Of a DNA stretch of 64,000 nucleotides, positions 55,769 to 64,000 are shown piece by piece. The notes under the pieces are model-generated. The model ran no database searches and was not told where the DNA came from. It worked only from the letters and a program-made list of their open reading frames with translations. The position numbers were made by a program, and so were the translations under genes. The stretch comes from Eledone cirrhosa. Its lineage: Eukaryota. The stretch is from contig OZ024743.1 in NCBI GenBank assembly GCA_964016885.1, forward strand, positions 267,716,001 to 267,780,000, read 5' to 3'. The number at the start of each line of letters is the position of its first letter. Position 1 is the first letter of the stretch.

Positions 55769-57039
55769 GTGTGTATGAGTATATTTATATGATGGGTTTC
55801 CAATGATTCTATCATTTAGTGCATTTACTCTACAATTATTGTTTAATATAGGCTTAAGTCAAGCAATTTCTGGTATTAGGTATTTGACTAAATTGACAAA
55901 AAATACTTGAATAGTACTTAAATTTAATCTATCCCAGTAGGACGAAAAACCGAGGCATCCTCATGTGTATTTGAACCAGCGCCGGAACAAACGCTTATAA
56001 ACAGTTACCGGGCATTGTACTGTTTCAATCCATGGCACTTCTTTAACATTATGATAATGATGAACCTTAGAGAACCGAAGTTTTCAATACTCGGTTGGTA
56101 TTCACTTTCAACTAAAAATGTAGACTTACACTTCTAACATTTGAAATCAGAAAGTATTGGGATGTAAGCAGTAAAAGACCGTAATGATTGTATTTGGCGT
56201 TCAACCGATTCTGCTATTCTACTACACCCTTTCTCTCAACCACCACCCCTAACATTTCTTATCACTGCCCAGGAATGTGGTACAAATTTTCAATCTTATC
56301 GTTGATGTATCATAAAAATTAAGGCTTAAGGAATTAGGAAATCGTGAAAGAAATAGAAGCACATATACGTTCATAGATAAATATGTAAAACAAATAAATA
56401 ATTAAAATCGCTTTAAACTGTGGAATCAAAACAAACAATCCTATTAGTCATACGAAATAGATATATATTTTACAAAAAATTCTACATATTGTCTAATTTA
56501 CATTTAAGTACAAGTGCAAAATACACTTTCAATACATAATAGTTTAAATTTCTTGGTTGTTTATAAAAATAAATTGAAACCTCTAAATGTTTCTGATATA
56601 TCATTCATGTTTGTAATCTACATAATACTCCTTTTTTCTATTCAATAATATATTTGTTGTTGATTATGTTGCTTTTGCATTCTGCTCTAAGTACTTTTGC
56701 GACTGTTAGTTTGACTTCTTACATTCTGCAATAGTTGGTATTTCCTTGAATTCACGCCTGCACGTGTTTGAATTTGTCAAAAATATAATTTTTTTCTTTT
56801 AAGTTGTATAATGAATATTAGTAAAAATAATAAATATTATCACAAATGATAGCCAATAAAGAAGATATTACTGGCATATAATATATATAATCAATAGAAA
56901 GGAAAACATCCCCATAACTGAGAGAATAGAAGAAATAAAAGACCGGTCGGAGCCTTCTCCCTGGGTCCTTTAATTAAAACACCAGTCAAATAATCAACTT
57001 TACCTTTCGCTACGAAAATCGCTTGGCTTTTCACTAAAC

Positions 57040-57915
57040 TAGAGTTACGGCCCTTGCCATTCTGAGTTCAAATCCCGCCGAGGTTAACTTTGCCTTTCAT
57101 CCTTGCGGGGTCGATAAAATAAAGTACCAGTAATGTACTGGGTAATTAGTGGCCTTGTGCCTATAGTAGAAACAATTATTTTTATTATTATCAATTAGAA
57201 TTAGGGCGGAGGATTGGCAGTATCGGTAGAGGGTCGGACGCCATGCTTTAACGCATAGAGTTACGGCCCTTTCCATTCTGAGTTCAAATCCCGCCGAGGT
57301 CAACTTTGCCTTTCATCCTTACGGGGTCGATAAAATAAAGTACCAGTAATGTACTGGGTAATTGATGGCCTTGTGCCAAAAGTAGAAACAATTATTATCT
57401 ATTAGAATTGCAGAGCGGTGGATTGGCAGTATCAGTAGAGTGTCGGACAACATGCTTTACTTTTCCTCCTTACGGTGTCGATGAAATAAAGTACCAGTAA
57501 AGCACTGAAGTAAATCTCCCCGAAAAAAAAGTGTTGACCTTTTGAATAATTCAGATATTACTCATTACTACCCCTGCTGGGTCAACTTTAATTTTCATCC
57601 TTTCGAGTTTGATAAAATAAAGTACCAGTCAGTTACCGAGAAGATTAAATCGATTTACCCGTCACGAAATTTCTTGTTCTGTGGTTCAATTAAAACTATT
57701 ATACATTAGTGCATTTAGGGCGGTGGATATGTAGAGTCGTTATAGCGTTGCACATACCTTATGCTTAGCAGTAATTTTAATTTCTGAATTCAGATACCGT
57801 GATGGTCAAGTTTAGCTTTCGTCCATCCAATCTTGATAAAATAAAGTATCAGGCAAGCAATGGCATCGATAAAATCGACTTTTCCCACTAACGTTGCATG
57901 GTTTAGAAACCGTTA
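57040..57915 (+). mobile_element. Head-to-tail cluster of ~5 SINE copies of varying age
   Basis: Copies start near 57040, 57203, 57415, 57578 and 57717. Confidence 0.85.
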
Positions 57916-58954
57916 TTCATTGCAGAGTTGAATTCCTAGAATAGTTAGATTTCTTGAATGAAATAGACAGGCATATTCATTCCAGCAATGTATTATATTT
58001 GGTTACTTTATTTTAATCTCCCTCTCAGTCAGAATACGCATGAAGCAGATGAATTTTCATAAGCTGATGCCTAGTTACAGACATGTTATTAGGTACATAT
58101 TTACATAATGACATGTGTAACTGTATACCGTGGTGATACATATTTACATATACATAATATCCGCATATTGGCCAGTGAATGTAGCTGCCGACTCGATATA
58201 GTCTCGTTAATTTGGTAAGCACGATCAGATGGATGAGGCGAGGCAAACAGTCGAATTGTACTGATTGAGTTGTTTCAATCCAATCAGCTTGGGAAAAAAT
58301 GAATCATACAGATAATTCGTAGTGTCAGCCTTGTCACATACTGTGTCAGACTTAATCTCCGTGTTTCTGTAACGTAGTTAAGGGTAGAGCTTTCACGGTA
58401 ACGCTCAGTCACTTACACTTACAATTTAATTATACGTTGATCCAACGATTGGAAAATTCATATTAGGAAATGAGAGCGATGTGAAACACATTGATTGCAT
58501 AATCCTCATTTGATTTTGTCATGGTTCATTTTTCATTATTTTATGGTGTACCTATATACAGTGGAGGACTCGCCAGATTGCCAGGTTACCCAATGGCAAG
58601 GGGCTCATGGTAGCATTGCAAGAGCCCACAGTAGCATTGCAGGGTTAGCTGCAGGATTTTAGCGTGCAATGCATTCAAAAATAATTCAAAAAAATATTTT
58701 TTTAAATATCTTTAAAAATAGTTGATATCTAAGAGAAAGAATAATTTAAAAAAATAAAATAAAACAATTAAGCAAAGCATTTGGTCAACCAATTCCCCAG
58801 TGAATTACTAGAAACCAAAATATATGATAGTGCAAATAGTTGCAATCAGTGGTTGTACATTCTACTGAATCTAAAGCTTAGTGTATTCATTCATACATGC
58901 AAACATACATATCTAGACACAGACCCACAAGTATATATATATATATATATATAT

Positions 58955-59215
58955 ATGCAACAGTTCTATTTAAATTGTCGGGATACAACAAGCAAATATT
59001 TGTATAACTGATATAAAGCACTCAAAAAGTATTTGGAGTAAACATACGATATTAACAAATGGAAACTATATTTATAAAACCATATTTATTTTATTATACA
59101 TATTTCAAGGACACCGCGTTAAATTATGGTATGCTTTCATCAGACAAAATACAATATACATCAGTTTTATAAATAAATATTGACATACCCTTAAAAAATG
59201 CAAGCATTACTGTCT
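58955..59215 (-). mobile_element. Family G pseudo-LTR-like copy with HHR (59087-59151)
   Basis: Near-identical reverse complement of 31425-31690; ends in (TA)n. Confidence 0.8.
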
Positions 59216-59548
59216 AAGTATATATACTAAGACACAAACTACTGACCAAATAATATTTGGTATCAATAAGTTAAAGACATCTGTCAAATCAATTAGTGGT
59301 GTCTGTGTGTATATATATATATAGGGAGAGAGATACATATATATATATATATAAGAGAGAGAGAGTGTGTGTGTGAAAGACCAAAGGTCATCTCTCTAAA
59401 CAAATGTTTTCCTTTTCTCTATCTCTGTACGTCTCTTTTGCTTGGTGTTTCCCCTCTCTATATAGATGCAGGCGAGGACATCTTCTCTCTCTTTGTCACA
59501 CACACACACTCTTACTCTCTCTAAACAAATGATGTTCCTAAGGCTGTA

Positions 59549-59725
59549 CGTGGATTGGCAGTATCGGTGGAGGGTCGGACGCCATGCTTTCCAGCATAGT
59601 TACGTCCCTTTACGATCTGAGTTCAAATCCCGCCGAGGTTGACTTTGCCTTACGGGGTCGATAAAATAAAGTACCAGTAATGCACTGGGTAATTGCTGGC
59701 CTTGTGCCTAAAGTAGAAACAATTA
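59549..59725 (+). mobile_element. tRNA-derived SINE
   Basis: Matches the consensus. Confidence 0.88.
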
Positions 59726-61077
59726 ATGAAAGTATTTGGATTGCACAAATTATTGAAAGTATTTGGAAATACAAAATTTGATTGCACTGCTTTGTTTCCA
59801 CTTATGTATTTTTTGAATATGTTATTTATTCATTATAAAAATTAAATGATAGCATGCTATATGTAGGTGGGACCCTTCATCTGGCAACCAATGTTTTTAA
59901 ACCGACTCCGCCATTGTATATATATATATATATAATGCCAATCATTGTAAGTTGGAACCTGACATGCAAAACATATATATATAGGAATAAGGTAAGCCCA
60001 AGCCGTAGTAGAGAGAGAGAGAGAGGGGGGACAGTGAGAGAGAGAGAAATGAGGTGGAACAGAAATGAAACATGGATTACAGGTTAAAATGTAGTCTAGA
60101 TAGATGAGAAACAAAACGAGGATGTAGTTTATGCAACACCCAAATGATTTTGAAGTCGAGCTTAAGTAGGAGCCATAACATTAAGAAATATATGAAAGAC
60201 ACAAAATCATTTTGTTTGGAAAATGTTGAAAGTACGTTCATATGTAAGAATTTTTATAAGATGTTCGTAGTTGTCTCTGTGTCCTAGCGGTAGGTACTAG
60301 AGACGGTGGAGATCCTGACCTTGGGTTCAATCCTGGTCAAGAGGTACATGTAAACTTTGTCAGTTTTTATTTTACAACCCATAGAAAAAGATTCAAAAGA
60401 TTTACTTGGAAACCTACTCCCGACGATATAGAAATTCAGACTAGGATCACCACCGTCTATGATTCCTCCAACTAGGCCACAGAGACATCTACAAAAGCAT
60501 AACGAAAATTTATAATTATAAACCTACTTTCAAAGTCAAAGTTAAAAGGATGGGGTGTCATTCATGGCTTTCCTAGAGTTATTAGTAATATTTAGGGTCG
60601 ACTTCTGGTCATTATTGAAAGTCTCTGAATTTCGCAAAATACATAATATTTTTTATTGGTGAAGGTAAGTTATTTTTCCGCAATAATTTTCTTGCACTGT
60701 TTTGATCCACGTGTATTTTTCGAAAATGTTATTTATTCATTATGAAAATTAAATGATATCATTCTAAATGTAGGTGGGCCCCCTTCATCTCCCGGCAACC
60801 AATATTTTTAGACTTAATCCGCCATTCCCTGCATATGGCTAAACAATGGATATGTCTCTCTAAAATCAGGCCATAAGATTCTGATTTTTGTTCAGAGTTT
60901 TGAGTCACAAGCTGGTTTTCTTTTGGATTTAATTCCTTTCTTACTAACTATGCCATGTATTGTTCATAGACTGGGTTGCCTACTTAAATGTGACTGTATC
61001 GCTTGGAAATCCGTTTTGATTTAGTTGGATTTAAGAAATTCTTGTTTTGTCCTTAACGGAATATTTTTGTACAATGA

Positions 61078-61110
61078 ACCTACTACTACAACTGCTGCTG
61101 CTGCTACTAT

Positions 61111-61193
<83 letters not shown>

Positions 61194-61220
61194 ATAGTAA
61201 TGATGATGATGATGATGATA
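61078..61220. repeat. Compound (CTA)n(GAT)n microsatellite
   Basis: Read directly from the sequence. Confidence 0.9.
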
Positions 61221-61753
61221 AAAAACAACTATAACATAACGCTACAATAATTGTGACATTTTAGAGAAGCCATGTTAATCTTAATGTAACAATAATAATA
61301 AGAGTAACAATAAAAATAATCTAACACTAATGCAATTGTTATGGTAACAAATGATCTATTCTTAGTGACATCTTCGGAGCAGAAGATCTTTACAAATTGA
61401 CTGAACAAAAAATTATCTCGGACTTGGGTTGCAAGCCGAAGAAAAGCATCTGCGCACGTATGGATGTATCGTACGCGCTACTAGAAAACTTTGTAAGGCT
61501 AGTAATTTCCGTCCTTTTAAAATCTCAACTGGTATGTTCAAAGAGAAAGCTTTTCCACTCTTATTTTATATATTGGAATCAATGAGCAGCTCATTAATCT
61601 TCCTAGTCTATGGAAGCTGTAGAAAGTATTGGGAATCAGGGACGCATATCAACATTCAAATTTTTAACTTTCTAAAGAGAATAGTTATTTTTGTTGCTAC
61701 TGCTGTTGTTTTTTTACGGTTTTCAGTGTATGCTGCAGCAATCTTCATCTTCT

Positions 61754-61786
<33 letters not shown>

Positions 61787-61842
61787 CAAATATATATATA
61801 TGTATTTGTGTGTATTGTGTGTATGTATATATATATATATGT

Positions 61843-61917
<75 letters not shown>

Positions 61918-61922
61918 CGCAC

Positions 61923-62001
<79 letters not shown>

Positions 62002-62103
62002 GAGAGAGAAAATCAAAATCTTGATGTTGTGAGGGGGAAATCAAAGAAAAGATATTTGAATAATTAAACACATTATCGCGTTTTAGAACAATGGATCAAC
62101 ACA

Positions 62104-62185
<82 letters not shown>

Positions 62186-63252
62186 TGTGGGGGTGGTGGG
62201 TCGGGCACTAATACACACACTCTGCCACCACAGCTCCCTCCCAAACTACTTCCGGTTATAGGTGCACCACTACCTCTCTTTGCTTTCGTCGTCCCCCTTA
62301 CTCACGTAATCCCTGAACACCGGATTACAACATTTCTCTGGACATTGGATTACAACATTTCTCTGGACACTGCATATTCAGATACACACACACACACACA
62401 CACGCGCGCAAACTAACAGAACCATACGTAAACATACACGCATTCACCCTCGCATGAATACACACAAAATCATTCTGCTACAGACAATAGACAAAGTAAC
62501 AAACACACACGTGGTGACACATATAGACACACTCATCCAACACACACGTGAAAATACACACACACACTCACATACATTGAAACAATAGAAAAAAGTAATA
62601 TACACACAAGCAAACACATGCCGGACTTCTTTCTTAACACCCTCAAACAATAATCTTTTCCTAAGTTTCACACACCACTTTCATGTGTCCCTCCGTTCTC
62701 TCCCTACCCAAACTTCCCTCACAAGCAATTCCGTCCGAAACGCAGAACCCTCCTACACTTCCTCAAAATGTAAACCAAATAAGACTTTGAATTCTTGCAT
62801 GATTGTTTTCGTTTTGCTTTATATACAAACTACATATATGCATTTGTGTGTGTGTTCGTGAATCTGTAACGGAATTAAAGAAGACACACACACATATATA
62901 TATATATAAATATATATAACATATATGAACATTAATAATGTATATTAATAATGTATATATATATATTAATAATTGGTTCTACTTTTGGCACAAGACCAGC
63001 AAAGACCCACTTGTACTTTATTTTATCGACCCCTCAAAGGGCGGCTGGCTGTGAAACTTGTTGGTCAGCCGCCCTCTCTGTCTCTGTTTTATCGGACCCA
63101 TGGTTTTTGGGACCCATGGCTTTTTACATATTCCTTTGTTATATTCTAATATCTGATGATATCACCGTATTCATATGGAACCCGGTTATTGAAATGATCA
63201 TAGTATAATAAACCTTTCAAGGATTTACACCAGTCCAGCCTCCTGTTATTTC

Positions 63253-63315
<63 letters not shown>

Positions 63316-63956
63316 GGGAGGCATTGTATCATCACGAAAGGTATTAACATTATATTTGTTTCCTTTTAAAATGAAATTAGATAGAGCTACATATATGTCT
63401 ACAAGATTCTGTCTGCCAATATTTGTAAATATATTTGCATATATCCCAGTTTACATATTTTCATCGATAACAGTTATTTTTATTCATTTATTTTTATTAT
63501 TATTTTATTTATTATTATTATTTTTTTTTTTTTTGTGAAACTAAAGAGAAAAGAAAGACAACTTACATCAATAATGGAATTGTTTATTTATGTTGATATT
63601 AATTCTGCACAAAATAATCGAAAGTACAGTATAACTAGATTACAAATACATTACAAATGTTGCACAGACTGCACTTATATTAACAAAGTGCAAATATGAT
63701 CTCATTAGTCTTAACTGGCTCTCGGCCAGCAATTTGCGGGCAAAACAAATTTACAAATTATAATCAATATTACGAATTATTCATTCCCAATGATTTGTAC
63801 TACATATTTTCTCTGTTCATGAAGCTTAACTTGCTGCCAGTATGAGATGTGAATGAGGTTTTATCATATGGCATGGGTACACACACACACGAACATTTGT
63901 TTTAGAGAAATAATAATATCATACGCTCCTCCTCCTGTCATTCTCTCTCTCGTACT

Positions 63957-63993
<37 letters not shown>

Positions 63994-64000
63994 TGTGTGT

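Overview
AT-rich eukaryotic (animal) genomic DNA made almost entirely of microsatellites ((TA)n, (CA)n, (TACA)n, (GAA)n, (TAA)n) and retroelements. The SINE and repeat landscape resembles an octopod cephalopod, which is an inference. I see no host protein-coding gene, rRNA or CRISPR array, and most ORFs in the track are microsatellite translations. Supported content: (i) several Penelope-like elements (PLEs) with RT and/or GIY-YIG remnants and inverted pseudo-LTRs inserted in (TA)n; (ii) a near full-length, disrupted Tx1/L1-type LINE (21005-26787) plus fragments; (iii) R4/Dong-like RLE retrotransposons in (TAA)n; (iv) RTE and CR1 fragments, two non-autonomous Helitrons and many tRNA-derived SINEs. 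The most notable hidden layer is RNA structure. About 20 type-I hammerhead ribozyme (HHR) motifs from roughly ten sequence families can be folded by eye. Several families carry a non-canonical U3-A8 core (UUGANAA instead of CUGANGA), and some sit in ORF-less, retrozyme-like direct or inverted repeats with a recurring 'tailed arm / tail-less arm' architecture. All coordinates were read manually and may be off by a few nt.
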